Source: Chara braunii | Lineage: Eukaryota; Plantae; Charophyceae | Reading direction: 5' to 3' | DNA: 52,142 bases | NCBI GenBank assembly: GCA_003427395.1 | Contig: BFEA01000001.1 | Location: forward strand, 6,902,890-6,955,031 | Shown: piece by piece, positions 1-12,790 of the stretch | How the letters are laid out: each line of letters opens with the position of its first letter | Numbering within the stretch: position 1 is the first letter of the stretch | Notes under the pieces: model-generated | What the model saw: the letters and a program-made list of their open reading frames with translations, nothing else | The model's database searches: none | Told to the model about the DNA's origin: nothing | Position numbers and translations under genes: made by a program

Positions 1-1087
1 TTTGGTATGTTGTAGGCTTATGTTTCCATTGCACAAAGCATCTCATCAACCACTGCGGCAGAGTTCGCCTCCGAAAAAATTGGAAACAAAACAGATCCCA
101 CCCCCCAAAAGAGCTTTTTTTTTTTTTTTCTTGGAGGGGGGGGGGGGGGGGGGGGTATGTAGGAGGCTCTTCTATTTCCATTGCACCAAACATCCCATCA
201 ACCACTGAACAGTCGGAACTGTTCCAGCTGTTCAGTGTCACATGCTATCACTTCTCTAAGCTCTCTTCTCTCGCATTCCATCTGTTGTTTGTTTACTCAA
301 CGTTTTGGCCATTTTTTAAAATCATTTTTTAAAGACAGAACTTTGAAAAAATCATTCGATGTGTTTTTGCCGACGTGTATTGTTTTGTGAAATACCTCCA
401 GATCATGACTATGTGTCATAATAAACTTTAATTGCGATGATTCGTCGCAGGAAAAAAAAGAAAAAGAAAAAAAAAGACCGACCCCATAAACGATTGAGTC
501 GTTGACAGAAAAGGAGAAGAGGACCCAAGGGGCCTCGCTCCACAACACAACAGTACACATGTATCTGGACAATAAGCGGACGCATTTGGACAGACCCAAC
601 GTCTTTTAAGTTTTAAATGTATTGGGGGCCTTTGTGGCAGTATCGAGCTCCATATACACTAATATTGTTGTGCAGAGAAGCGAGGCCCCAAAAGGGAGGA
701 TGCTGGAGATTGATGTTTTGTCACACCATTTTCCTGTTTTCCTTTTTCGGTAAGTTTTTCCCTTTTTCGGTAAGTTTTCCCCTTATTCTTAGGGCATATA
801 CTCACATGGGGACCTGAAGTTACAAATATTGGGGGCATTTGGGTAGCATGTATTTGTGCTTTTGGGTGGATGGCCGGCGCGGTTTACACACACGAGTCCT
901 GTGTCCACAAAGGACAGAGTCGCGGCCCGGGCATTTGCACCTCACAGAACTGGACGTAGTCACACCCAAAAGTATATATTATAGAGTTTTTTTTTTTTTT
1001 GAATGCTGAAATAACACGCACTGGTGTTTTGCTCGTGCACGAATTTCTTAAAAAAACTCACGGAGAAAGAATTTTTTTTTAGATTAT

Positions 1088-1222
1088 CTTTTTTTTTTTT
1101 TTTTTTTTGCTCCGGTCTATATCGGTGGGGAGCAGCACCTGCTGGGAAAACGGGTCCAGCGTCCCCCACCGAACATCAGAAGGCCTGACAGCATTGATTG
1201 CCCTGTTTCCAGTAGGGATTCA
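1088..1222 (-). mobile_element. 3' fragment of poly(A)-tailed SINE-like retroposon (same family as 22370-22657)
   Basis: Reverse complement reads cagggcaatcaatgctg...gggacgctggacccgttttcccagcaggtgctgctccccacc...ggagc followed by an A-tail. This matches about 22455-22570. Confidence 0.7.
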
Positions 1223-2579
1223 ATTTTTTTTTACGTCAGAGTTTAATCAGCAATTTTTTTTACGTCAGAGTTTAATCAGCAAGCATCATTGTGGGTGTTA
1301 CGAAATCGAAGATTGAAACATTGTTTGTAAATCGCCTTCAGGGCATGCTCACACTAACACAATCTTAAATCAAGTTAAATGTACCTGATCGTCATTACGG
1401 CCCTATTCGGATGTGTATGTGACTGCAATTCCTCCCAGAAATGAGTGAAAATGTCCTAGTGTGAGTAAAAATGGCCTCAGGCTGCCTGATTGTTCTTTTT
1501 GCTCTCTCCGAGTCTCCCGAACATTTTTGAATTTTCCCACTGCAATTTTGCAAATCACCTTCAGTCTTTTTGCTGTCTGTTCTGATTTGTTACAGTTGTT
1601 TCCTTGTTCTGTTCCATTTTGCTTTTTTTTCTTTTCTTTTCTTTTCTTTTCTTTTTTCCCCGCATTTTTGCAGAGTGCGAAACCTTGCGTTTGAATCTAC
1701 CCATGAGTTCCGTGCGTGTCATCGCCATTGGTGTGTTCTGCATTATGGCGCTGGCGACTGCCGTCCTTGCTATGCCGCAGCATTGGCTGCCGCCGTTTCT
1801 GCACCTAAGGCAAGGGTCCAGCAAAACGACGCCAGCTTCTGCGGACAGGAAGGGAAAGCCGTATGGCCGGGAAGCTCGAGCTGCCCTTGAAAGGAGATCC
1901 CGCAACCCCTAAGCAAAGTTCCTTCCTAAGCCTGTTGAGGATGATGTTGCTGGCGAGGACCCGAACCCGGCGAGGACTCGAACGTTCGATCGTGGCATCT
2001 CAGAGACCATCTCCACAAATGCTGCTGGCATGCAATTGAACCCTGGCCATCGGCAAGAATGTCCGAGGGCGATCGGCAGAAGCTTGTTGCAGTTTCGATG
2101 TGCTCCCTTAACTTCTACACAGGGACAGGATGGTTAAGCCGGCTGGTGATTTGAGGGGTATGACGGTGGATAAATAGAATTGGTGGGGCAGGGTGGCGTA
2201 TGGGGGTGGGGAAGGGGGAGGAAAGGGGCCAGAAGGGTTGGACTACAGTGTTGGGGGTTGGACTACAGTGTTGCTTGCATGCGGATATGGATATATGATA
2301 TATATGCCTGTATTGCATTCAGAGCATTTGATGGAGGAGCAGAGGGCGAGAGGGGGAGAGGGAGGGAGGGAGGGAGGGAGGGAGGGATTGAGAGAGGGAG
2401 AAAGGAGGCGGGGAGGTAGCAACAGTGGGAGGTTGGGGGTTAGACTACAGTGTTGCTTGTAATTGGAAGGAAGGGTGGGGAGGTTGGGGGTTAGTCTCTA
2501 CAGTGTTGCTTTTTTTGTAGATACTAGATAGTAGATATGGAATTGTCACTCATGCATTCAGAGCATGGGTTTTTTTCTT

Positions 2580-2682
2580 GGAGCAGCAGCCAGTTTCCAC
2601 TAATGTTCTAGCGTTTTTTTCTTTTTTGTTCTGGGAGCAGCAGCCAGTTTCCACTAATGTTCTAGCGTTTTTTTTCTTTTTG
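2580..2682. repeat. ~54-bp direct tandem duplication
   Basis: ggagcagcagccagtttccactaatgttctagcgttttttt occurs twice. Confidence 0.85.
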
Positions 2683-2747
2683 TGTTGGCATTACCATCTG
2701 GAGGAAGAAAGAAAGTGTTCATGAAGGTATGCAACCTGCGGCCATGC

Positions 2748-3190
2748 CCTGAATGCACTTGACCACGTTTACGGTCTTGTTCATTCAGGTGATAGTTGTC
2801 GTGTGCCAGAGTACACACTACACAGGCTCCAGTGCTGGCAGTGTCTACTGACTAGATTCATTCATTCATTCCTGTGGGTGCATCTATAAAAGCCCCACTA
2901 TGGTCCAGAAACAGAGTACCCTGAATGCACGCGACCAGGTTTACGGTCTCATTCATTCAGGTGATACTTGTAGTGTGCTAGAGTACACTACATAGGCTCT
3001 ACGGCTGGCAGTGTCTTCTGACTAGATTCATTCATTCATTCATTCATTCATTCATCTGGCTGCATCTATGGTCCAGAAACAGACTACTACTACTCTACAC
3101 AGCTGTGCGCTACTGGAGCCCGTGTCTACTGACCCAATTCATTCATTCGTGTGATTGCATCTTAGCCCCACTATTGTCTATATACAGAGA
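2748..3190. repeat. Degenerate ~170-bp tandem repeat with (ATTC)n cores
   Basis: ccctgaatgcac...tttacggtct...cattcaggtgata...ctgactagattcattcattc occurs twice, plus a partial third unit. Confidence 0.75.
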
Positions 3191-3479
3191 GTCCTCTTCG
3201 CAGGAAAATGCCTACTGCCCCAGTTCATGGGTTAGCTAACCCATGACAGAAGCCCTGCTGCTATCTATCGTCTCTTACACAGACCCCTTCCCCTATCATC
3301 GCCGACATAGTACATACCTTCTTTTCTTTTTCTTTTTTTTTTCTTTTTTTTTTTTCTTTTTTTCTTTTTTCAAGTCCAGTCCAGGTCCTAGCCTTCATAA
3401 TTCCCAAGTTCCGGCATCATCACTCTTTGTTCGTCTATTCTTTTCTTGGGCATTCTTTTCTTTCCACTCGGTGATTTTT

Positions 3480-3900
3480 TTTTAATCCGATCCTCTTCTA
3501 TGATCACTATTAATCCGTGATTTTAATCGTAGATTTTTTTTTAATCCGATCCTTCTACGATGACCTTTTTTTAATCCGATCCTTCTACGATGACCTTTTT
3601 TTAATCCGATCCTTCTACGATGACCTTTTTTTTTTCCTTCTGTTTTTTAGTATGAGGCTTTGAGTGCTTTAATCGGCAAAGATTCTTTTTTTCTTGGCCA
3701 TTCTTTTCTTGGTCATTCTTTTCTTGGGCATTCTTTTCTTTCCACTTGGTGATTCTACGATGACCTTTTTTATCCGATCCTTCTACGTTTTTTTTTTAAT
3801 CCGATCCTCTTCTATGATCACTATGAATCCGTGATTCTCACGATGACCTTTTTTTTTTCCTTCTTTTTTTGAGTATGAGCGCTTTAATCGGCAAAGATTA
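3480..3900. repeat. T-rich ~30-bp minisatellite
   Basis: Repeated ttttaatccgatccttctacgatgacc units. Confidence 0.8.
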
Positions 3901-5045
3901 TTCCTTTTCTCCTCCTCTCTCTTCTTCATCTACCCTTTCGTGATCACTGCCTTTGCATTATCTTTTTTGGCTGAGAGGACGGCCGTGTTTGTACAGACGT
4001 CAGACACAGATCGCCGTTCCTGGTCTGTATCTGACAATAGGCATCAACTTTTGATGCAACTATAGTCAACGACGTACAGTACTACATAGTACAGACAGAT
4101 ACGTTGGAGGGGTTTTTTTTTTTTTTTTTTGGTTTTTGACGATTCCCTATTTTTTTTAACACAGGGAAAGGAAAAACTCTCCGCATCAGTTGCGTGGCTG
4201 CAATAGAGTGCGCGCGAGGTGCACATTGATGCAGCTCGCGCATGCAGCCACGCAATTGATGCATTGCATGCAGTCCAGCTAGTGTGCAGACGGGGAAATC
4301 CCTGTGCAGTTGCCATGAGCTGAATTTCTTTTTTTTTAATATTTTGTTTTTTCCCCATTTTTGTCGCGCTTTGAGTTTCCGTTGTTCCACTTTCTGCCCT
4401 TGTGTTTTGTTGTTGTTGTTGGTGGTGGTGGTGGTGGTGGACCTGGTGGTGGTGCTTGGAGAAACTTTTTCTCTCTAATTTTGTAGTGGAAGTTTCTTTC
4501 TTTTGCCCAGGTCACCGGGTTTTGTCTTCCCCGCTCTGCAGACAATCTGATCACCAACAGTCCAATCAGTCCCAGTTGTCCCAGTTGTCCCAATAGTCCC
4601 AATAGTCCCATCAATAACAGATGACTTGGAACAGTTAGGGAGTGAGGCCTACCTGATTGGGATCCCTGCCCTCTGCCCCCTCCCCCCCTTGACAGCAGGC
4701 TAGAAGTGGGGGGAGGTCGGGTCAGGTCAGGCTTGCTGTTGATGAGTTTTCCTTCTTGACTCGCACAGGATGCCCGGTTATAAGAAACTGTATTTGATAA
4801 TTTGAGGAAACAACTTTCAGTCCAGATGCAGCAATGATGACAGGGCATTCGGCTCCGGTGAAGACGCGGTAGTTTAGAGGCAAGGCCCACAGAATAGCTG
4901 ATTGGGACACAGAATGAAACGTTTAGGAACTGGGACCTGCCTGTTGCGGATCCCTGTCCGTACACAGCAGGCTGAAGTGGGGGGAGGTCAGGTCAGCTGC
5001 TCTGCTGACATGGCAGAAGCCCAAACGTCCGCTGATTTCGCTTAA

Positions 5046-5049
<4 letters not shown>

Positions 5050-5123
<74 letters not shown>
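5050..5123. repeat. (GA)n microsatellite
   Basis: Direct observation. Confidence 0.95.
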
Positions 5124-5126
<3 letters not shown>

Positions 5127-5499
5127 GGAGAGAGAATGGATTTACGGAGAGCGAAGTTTAGGAAACACACACAATATGATTTTTTTTCCTTTGCCGCATG
5201 TGGCTGTGTCCAGGCTTCAGTGCTGAACGTTTGTGTGCATATCGCGTGCTTACGTGATGCTTTGTCTGCAAGTTTTCTTCCCTCCGTCTCTCTGCGTATG
5301 TGGGGAAGAAGTCGTTGAGGAAGAGTCTGTTAAATCCTAGAGAGTGGCACTTGGCTGTGATCTCTGACAGGAGAGGAGTCAGAGAGAGAGGATAGGTGAA
5401 GGAGGGGGGGATTTAATGCACCGGATTTGTTTTGCTGGTAGCGTGCAGAAGTCCACCACCCATCCGCGGCGAGCGGCATTGTTTGGTGATCTAAGAGTC

Positions 5500-6325
5500 T
5501 AGACCCATGGGACTCGTCATCTCGTATGCGCTGAGATTCAGCATAATCAACCAACCAATCAGTGGAAGAGCTGTGGTGGGACTCATCATATCTGTGGGAC
5601 TCAGCATAATCAACCAATTAGTGTAAGAGCTGTGGGACTCTTACGTTTCTTCAAGGCTCATCCTGTCGGTGAGACTCAGCATAATCAATCAATGGAAGAG
5701 CTGCGGGACTCAGCGTGTCTGTGGCACCGACCCCGTGTGTGGGACTCGGCATAATCAGTGTACCCAGAGCTGCGGCATGCAACAGGTCTGCGGGAGCAGC
5801 ACCCATCCTGTCCGCAGAACTCAGCGTCGTCCGAGTGAGAGAGCCCTGTGGGGCTTTACTACTGGACTGCCGGACTATACATCGTTAGCGTAAGAGCTCA
5901 GGGATTCCACCCCCGCCCATCGCAGGACTCGTCCCTTTTTTTTCGGAATGAGAGAGACAAGCCATCTGTGGGGCTCAGCAAAATCAGTGTAAGAGCTGTG
6001 GGACTGAACGCGGTCCACAGGACTCGTCCCCGACTGCAGGACTCGTCCCGACTGTGGTGTATAGAACTCAGCATAATCAGTAGAAGACCTGCAGGACTCG
6101 TCCCGACGGCGGGACTCGGTCTAATCATTGGTGAGAACTGAAGGGCAACCAGTCCTACCATGGCGCTATGAATTATCGGTGTACGAGCTGCAGGACGCAT
6201 TCCGACTGTGGTAGTCAACTCCCATCTGTGAGACTCGGCATGGTCAGTGTACCAACAGCTGTGGGACTCAACCCGTCTTGTGTGTGGGACGCAGCATAAT
6301 CAATGTGTACTCAGGACTCGGCATC
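5500..6325. repeat. Degenerate minisatellite
   Basis: Many variants of gagctgtgggactcagcataatca and ggactcgtcc. Confidence 0.75.
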
Positions 6326-7571
6326 ATCCGTCTGAGAGAGAGCGAGATTCGTCGCTCGCGTGGTTGTGGTGCCCTATCTGACGACATTGAAAAGAAGATT
6401 TCGGTAAGATTGACGACTTGTAAAAAAAAAAAAAAAAAAAAAGATTGACGACTTGTTGATTGGGTTGGGCATGGGCAGGCGGGCAGGCATAGCCAGATTT
6501 ATTAGGCTGATGTGGCTGCCAGGTCAGCAAGCTCATCTGGTGTGTCATGCATCATTTTTAATCCCCCCACCACCACCAACAACAACAACAACAACAACTC
6601 TATGCAGGTTTAACCGAAAGGCAGAGGAAGAAGGAGATGTGTAATGTGTATGTGGCATAATTTTTCGCTGCGAGATCAGACGCTCGCCCGCATCCAAATT
6701 TCAGCGATGTGGCACTTTTTTCTTTTGGCTGAGAGATCAGACACTCACCCGCATTCAAATTTCAGCCCATCCGATAAAGAGATATTATAAGAAATTCCCA
6801 CAGTGTCACCGGCGTCACGTTGAAGGTCACAGGTTCAAATCCTGAGTTTTTTTTTTTTTAGTCCCAGACTATTTGAGGTCAGTTCAGAAACTTCGGATTG
6901 GCTATCTGGCTTTTTGCAAAATTTTGCCAGCCAGATCGCTGACAATGGTTTTTCTTTGGGGGGGGGGCAACGAGTTTTTTGTTTTTTTGTTCTTTTTTTG
7001 GGACAAATGCTCCAGTCTATTCGTGGGGAGCAGCATGTGCTTTGGGATTACGTGTTGGGAAAAAAAAAAAAAAAAAAAAAAAAATGGGTTGATATGACGG
7101 AGAACTCTTTTACAGCCGCTTTCGTTGAAATCAACCCCCCCCCCCTCCGCTCCTCCTCCTCCTCTCTCTTTCAAAAAGAGACGGGAAAGAAGTTCGAATT
7201 TCGAACACAGGTGTCTTTTATTTATCTCTTTAATGACAAAATTAACGTTGCATTTTCACTACCTTGCTGCTTTGTACTCTTTTAAGTTTTAAGTCCTTTT
7301 AGCTTGATGGGCGTGAAACGCAAGTGTTCATGTGATGTATAAGCGGGGGATGACATGGCTGTCATGAGATGGGTGTTTCAATTTTTTTTAATTTTTTTCC
7401 CTTTTTTTTTCTTTTATGGAATTTGAAAATCATCGTAAGCGATGGAAACTGTTGCTCCGTTCCCTTTTTCTTTTTTTCTTTTTTTTTTTTTTCTTTTTTT
7501 TTTTGCACCCTATGTTCTTGCAATTGACGGCAGCCATGCTTCGTTAAGTCCAGGCACTGCACGTTATTCCA

Positions 7572-7664
7572 AGGGTGATGAATTAACCCAGCGAGGGTGA
7601 CGAGTTAACCCTAGCCAGGGTGATGAGTTAACCCTAGCCAGAGTGAAAGAGTTAACCCGGCCAG
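7572..7664. repeat. 23-bp tandem repeat x4
   Basis: agggtgatgagttaaccctagcc and variants. Confidence 0.8.
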
Positions 7665-7706
7665 CGTACCCATCCTGCTATATGACGGGACAAAACAGAA
7701 GGTAGG

Positions 7707-8040
7707 TGTGTGATTGATCGATACCGTTATACATATTGAGTGTCCTGATGAGTCGGTGAAAGTCTGACGAACAAGTCTGTCACAGCGCCTCTTTCTCCCT
7801 CTCGGCCTACAGTTTTCCGGGCAGTTCTGTTTGACCATATATAGTGTGTACCCCCTCGTTCGTTATCCTCTTTTTTAGGCGTGATTTATCGATACCGTTA
7901 TACATATTCAGCGCACTGTCGAGTCGGTGAAAGTCCGACGAACAAGTCGGTCACAGCCCCTCTTTCTCCCTCTCGGCCTACAGTTTTCCGGGCAGTTCTG
8001 TTTGACGATATATAGTGTGTACCGCCTCATTTGATCTCCT
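7707..8040 (+). mobile_element. Tandem (~171-bp unit) repeat carrying two degenerate hammerhead ribozyme motifs
   Basis: CTGATGA-GTCGG-tgaaagt-CTGAC-GAAC at 7745-7772. The second unit has GA-GTCGG-tgaaagt-CCGAC-GAAC at 7921-7943. The downstream sequence is shared with the 38145 copy. Confidence 0.65.
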
Positions 8041-8834
8041 CTTCTCGCTCTCTGCCTACGGTTTACCAGACAGTTCTATCTTTAGCTCCATGACCATTTA
8101 TATGTATCTATAGTGAAATAGCAAGTGTACAGTACTACACATCTGTAGTGAAATATGTACATATGGATCTATAGTCATGAGAGGTGATTGTGTGGAGGGC
8201 GGTGGGCTCACGTCAAGTTGTAAACAGACAACGTTGCGGTTATCAGATAGGTGATGCTTTTTTTATCTGTTCATTCTTTTTCTCTTTTGGTTAAGGGATT
8301 TGAAAATCATTGTAAATGACAAACTGTGTGTGCGGTTTTGTCTTTTTAGTATCCTTTTGCAACTGAATGCAGGCATGCTTTATCTGAAAAATAATAATAA
8401 TAATAATGCAGGTAATAGGTATGCTTTATCTGTGCGCTATAGTGTAATATTATTAATATAGATATAGGTCAGGGGAGGCGGCGGGGTGGTGCGGTTTGGG
8501 GGGGGGGGGGGGGGGTGCATACCCATACAACTCGCTCTACCCAGGTGAAATGTGCACTGGATCTGCTACCTCTCTCCCCCCACCCACCCCCCCTCCCACT
8601 CCCCCTCTGGCCCCTCCACCCCGGGTTCCAAATTACGATCACCCATTTTTTCGGCAGGAAAGGGTGGTACGGCCATAGCATGGCCGGATGTGGGGTTGGG
8701 TAGGGGGGATACGTAGGATGGGCCCAGATAATGGCCTCATGCCCATGCTACTGCCATACCACTCACTGGCTACTCTTTTTTTGTGGGTCGAAATTTACCT
8801 ATAAAAAGGCTGTAATATGTTTTTGCTGCTGCTT

Positions 8835-9056
8835 GGGCTGTTCCTACTGTTCCTGTTTGTGTTGTCGTTCCTCATCCGGTTCCTGGTCCTGGTTCTGTTT
8901 CTGGTCCTGCTCCTCGTTTCTGTTCCCATTCCTGTTCCTGCTCGTTGTTCTGTTCCCATTCCTGTTCCTGCTTCAGGTCCTGTAGTTGCTATTGATCCTG
9001 CTCCTGGTCCTGTCGTTGGTCCTGTTTCTGCTCTTGGGCCTGTTATTGGTCCTGTT

Positions 9057-9104
<48 letters not shown>

Positions 9105-9235
9105 TATTGACCCTGTTCCTGCACCTGTTACTGTTCCTGGTCCTGGTCCCCCATTCGTGGTCCTGTTCCTGGTACGGCTTGTGGTCCTCTTCCTGGTCCC
9201 TGGTCCACATCCTGTTCTTGTCCTGTTCCTGGTCC
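8835..9235. repeat. Hexamer (CCTGNT)n low-complexity repeat
   Basis: cctgct/cctgtt/cctggt units. Confidence 0.85.
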
Positions 9236-9347
9236 GGAAATGAGTCCAGGCTGTGAAGAATACTAGACCACTAGCCGTCCTGTGGGTCAATTTGTACGTC
9301 TGGGAATATTCAAGTAGATGCTGTTTTTTTTTTTTTTTTTTTTTTTT

Positions 9348-9730
9348 NNNNNNNNNNNNNNNNNNNNNNNNNNNNNNNNNNNNNNNNNNNNNNNNNNNNN
9401 NNNNNNNNNNNNNNNNNNNNNNNNNNNNNNNNNNNNNNNNNNNNNNNNNNNNNNNNNNNNNNNNNNNNNNNNNNNNNNNNNNNNNNNNNNNNNNNNNNNN
9501 NNNNNNNNNNNNNNNNNNNNNNNNNNNNNNNNNNNNNNNNNNNNNNNNNNNNNNNNNNNNNNNNNNNNNNNNNNNNNNNNNNNNNNNNNNNNNNNNNNNN
9601 NNNNNNNNNNNNNNNNNNNNNNNNNNNNNNNNNNNNNNNNNNNNNNNNNNNNNNNNNNNNNNNNNNNNNNNNNNNNNNNNNNNNNNNNNNNNNNNNNNNN
9701 NNNNNNNNNNNNNNNNNNNNNNNNNNNNNN
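9348..9730. other. Assembly gap
   Basis: Run of N. Confidence 1.
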
Positions 9731-10544
9731 CGTCTCTAGTGAAAAAAAAAAAAAAAAAAAAAAAAAGTGCATTCCACGCACCTGCTAAGGGAGCTGCTGA
9801 CAGGGACGGATAGGGTAGCAGCCGCTTTATATGCACTACCTACCTCTGGGGACACGGGAAACGATGTGCATTTCTCATCTTTTTTTTTTGTTTTTGTTTT
9901 TGTGTTTTTTGTTTGAAGGGTTGTGACCTTGAGATATCATTGATAGGACTGGTCCCCCGGTCCCATGTAATTGAAGAAGCATTTGATGTCATTTATCTTA
10001 GTCCCATCTTCTGGATTCGACAGTTAATGGGTAGTACCAACTGCACCAGGCTAGTTGGTCTACTCCATTTCTGTTTTTTGAGCCGTCATTGATTTTATTT
10101 ATTTTATTTTATTTTATTTTTGTCAGCGATTTCCAATTTGTAAGGAGGCGCGCGGCGGTCACACTGCGTTGTGCGTCAGAGTAATACAATAAACTACAGC
10201 ATTGGCGATATGACCACTTGCTTGAATATTAGAAGACCATAGCAGGAGTGAAAAAAAAAAGAAAAGAAAAAAAAGCAGGCAAATCCAGCAGTGTGATAGG
10301 TTTTGCGGGGTCTTGTGAGAAAATCTTCAGTCTCGGGGCCGCGCTTGTGGAGGCTGGATGATAAGACCATCCTCCACCAGTGGACCCCCAGTGTGAACTC
10401 TCCGATCGTTTGGTTGGGAGCTTTGCCTGCCGGAAACCAGGTCCAGCGTCGCATCTATTTTTGGAAATTTTGGTTGTGTTATATACTGACTACCTATGTT
10501 ACCAGAGTGGTGGGGGACCACTTGCTCGGCCGGGCCAAAAATGG

Positions 10545-10595
<51 letters not shown>

Positions 10596-11358
10596 TATTT
10601 GTATTATTTGCTCAATTAAACAATTTCTATTTTTATTTTTTATTTCGCAAAGAATTTTGGTCCGACCCTGAGGCAAAAGTTGTTCAGTTTATTGTTCTGC
10701 TGCTTCTGCAGAACGTATTTTTTTCCCCGGAATATTTGTATTTTTTTTATTTTTTTTTACTGGGACCTTCCGTGGTCCCTGCTGGACTGGGCGGCCGGGG
10801 CAAACAAGGTGACCCAGGCGGCCCGGTTTATAACACAGCTGACTACCATACTCTTTGTATTGTCACGTACTCGACGCAAATCCGCAAGTGAAGTGCTGAC
10901 AATGACGACACAGACCATGTGCTTTCTAATCGCGAATGCGCAGACAGACCGATTTCAAAACAACACCACACCAGTTTGCGGTCGAGGGCAACAGATTCAG
11001 TTGGTTGGTGTTGTTTCTAATGAATCACTCGTGATATATAAATGAACTGCTTGTCTTCCTTTGGTGGTTTATTTCTCCTTCTTCTTCATCTTTTTTCTTT
11101 CTACAAATGCACACTGTGATCCGAAACCCCTCTCTTCCCCTCTCTTTTTTCTTTCTATGAATGCACGCTGTCATCATCCTAAACCCCTCTTGTTCGTCCT
11201 TTTTGAAATGAACGAGTAGTGATTGTATGCTTGACATATCGGTTCTGCGTTTGATCTTTTCGTTTGGCCTCTTTTGAGACGAATGAGCAGTGATTGTATG
11301 GTTTGACATATCGATTCTGTGTTTGATGATCATCGCGTTATCGTAGCCGAGTAACGTC

Positions 11359-11516
11359 AGTGACAGTGTCGCAGAGGTGTGTGACAGTGTCGCAGTGGTG
11401 TGACAGTGTCGCAGTGGTGTGACAGTGTCGCAGTGGTGTGTGACAGTGTCGCAGTGGTGTGTGACAGTGTCGCAGTGGTGTGTGACAGTGTCGCAGTGGT
11501 GTGACAGTGTCACGGT
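11359..11516. repeat. 20-22-bp minisatellite
   Basis: gtgacagtgtcgcagtggt(gt) repeated about 7 times. Confidence 0.95.
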
Positions 11517-12400
11517 GGTCTGATTACGCAATAACTTGCAGAATGAATGGCTATTTGCAATCATTCTGGTTTTGTAGGACCTTATCGGAATCTACCCTTT
11601 CCTTCGCCCGTCACTCGTTTTGGAAATGAGCATATGCATGCACTGCCAATCAGCTTCTGACGCGGGGGGGGGAAAAAAAGGAAAAAAAAAAAAGAAAAGA
11701 TGTGTGCACTGTGCACTGCCAAGTGGGAGGTAAGGGAAGTGGCTGATCAGATTGGTCACATAGTGTCAGCCTTTCATCGCACCGAGTGATTCGCGGAGTG
11801 AATATTGTAGTGCAAGGCGTACATGTGCTATTGTTTTGCGATCATTTTTTTTCAAACAACCATAAACGACCGCTCCCTCCCCGCGGCATTGGAAATGCGG
11901 GGGGAGTGGGAGCACTGGTTCATGGGGGGCATCTGGTAGCATAGTGTGGAGAACCACCAGAGTGGCAAAAATGGAAAAGGCGTTGAATTGTCGCCGCAAT
12001 TTATTTTGTGGTTGGCCCGAGTCTTCGGGCCCTCCTCTATTTTCATTACAGAAAAAATGCGCATCGTTCTGAGCACAAAACATCACTGAAGTTGGGAGTA
12101 CTTTTTCCGTAGCGAGAATTGTGTTGGCCCACATTGTGGCAGCGGAAAGATGAAAAATGATGAGACGGATCGTGATGACAATTTATTTCATGGTTAACTC
12201 CCCCCTGCCCCCACCCCCCATTTTGCTGATTTTGTTTTGTAAGAAGATATTTTCAGGACCTAACCTACAGGATCTCAAATTTTCAGATTTTTTCTGCGGG
12301 TTTTTCTGGGTATGAAAAGCTACCAAAGTTTGTCGGGCCTGCCAGCTTTCAAGAGTCCCGGAAAGCCTTTTTTTTTTCGACAGTCGTGGGGAGTGGTTGC

Positions 12401-12790
12401 TTAAACCACCAGTACCTTTCCACGCTTGAAAATCAATTCTGCGCCGAGTAACGTGGAGGCCAAGTGGGATCGGGACGCTGTTGATAAAATGTAATTGAAG
12501 CGGCAGCCTGTTTTCCATCCCGGGCCTTTTTTTTTCTGCCTGCGGCCAGTATATGGGAAGGATACTGGTGGTTTAAGCCACCAGTACCTCCAAGGTACTT
12601 TTCTCCGTGGCTGGAAACGCCCCTGCACGCCAAACGCAGGCCTCCTTTTGGCTCCAGAGCCGCCAGCCATTATGCTCTAGAGCCCGAACCCCAAAAGTTG
12701 CAGCTGCGTGCGAGCCGCATATTTTATTCTTTGGCTGGGTAACGTAATAATTGTGGAGACGCATATTTAAAACCACCAGTACATATTTAA
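12401..12790. mobile_element. Cluster of TTAA-flanked MITEs with TIR ACCACCAGTA
   Basis: TTAA-accaccagta...tactggtggt-TTAA at 12401-12576 is followed immediately by gccaccagtacc..., which is similar to 49819-49995. Another TIR lies at about 12768. Confidence 0.7.

Noticed and set aside
5500-6325. CRISPR-like repeat/spacer appearance
   Set aside because: Repeats are degenerate, spacing is irregular, intervening sequences are themselves repetitive, and there are no cas genes in a eukaryotic context.
6790-6860. tRNA-like B box (ggttcaaatcc) followed by oligo-T
   Set aside because: No convincing A box or cloverleaf. At most a SINE relic.
8817-9243. Pro-Ala/Gly-Ala repeat ORFs
   Set aside because: They are a product of a hexamer microsatellite, with no other coding signal.
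8973-9836. Long ORFs spanning N runs (also about 28711-29352 and 35458-36096)
   Set aside because: Artefacts of assembly gaps.
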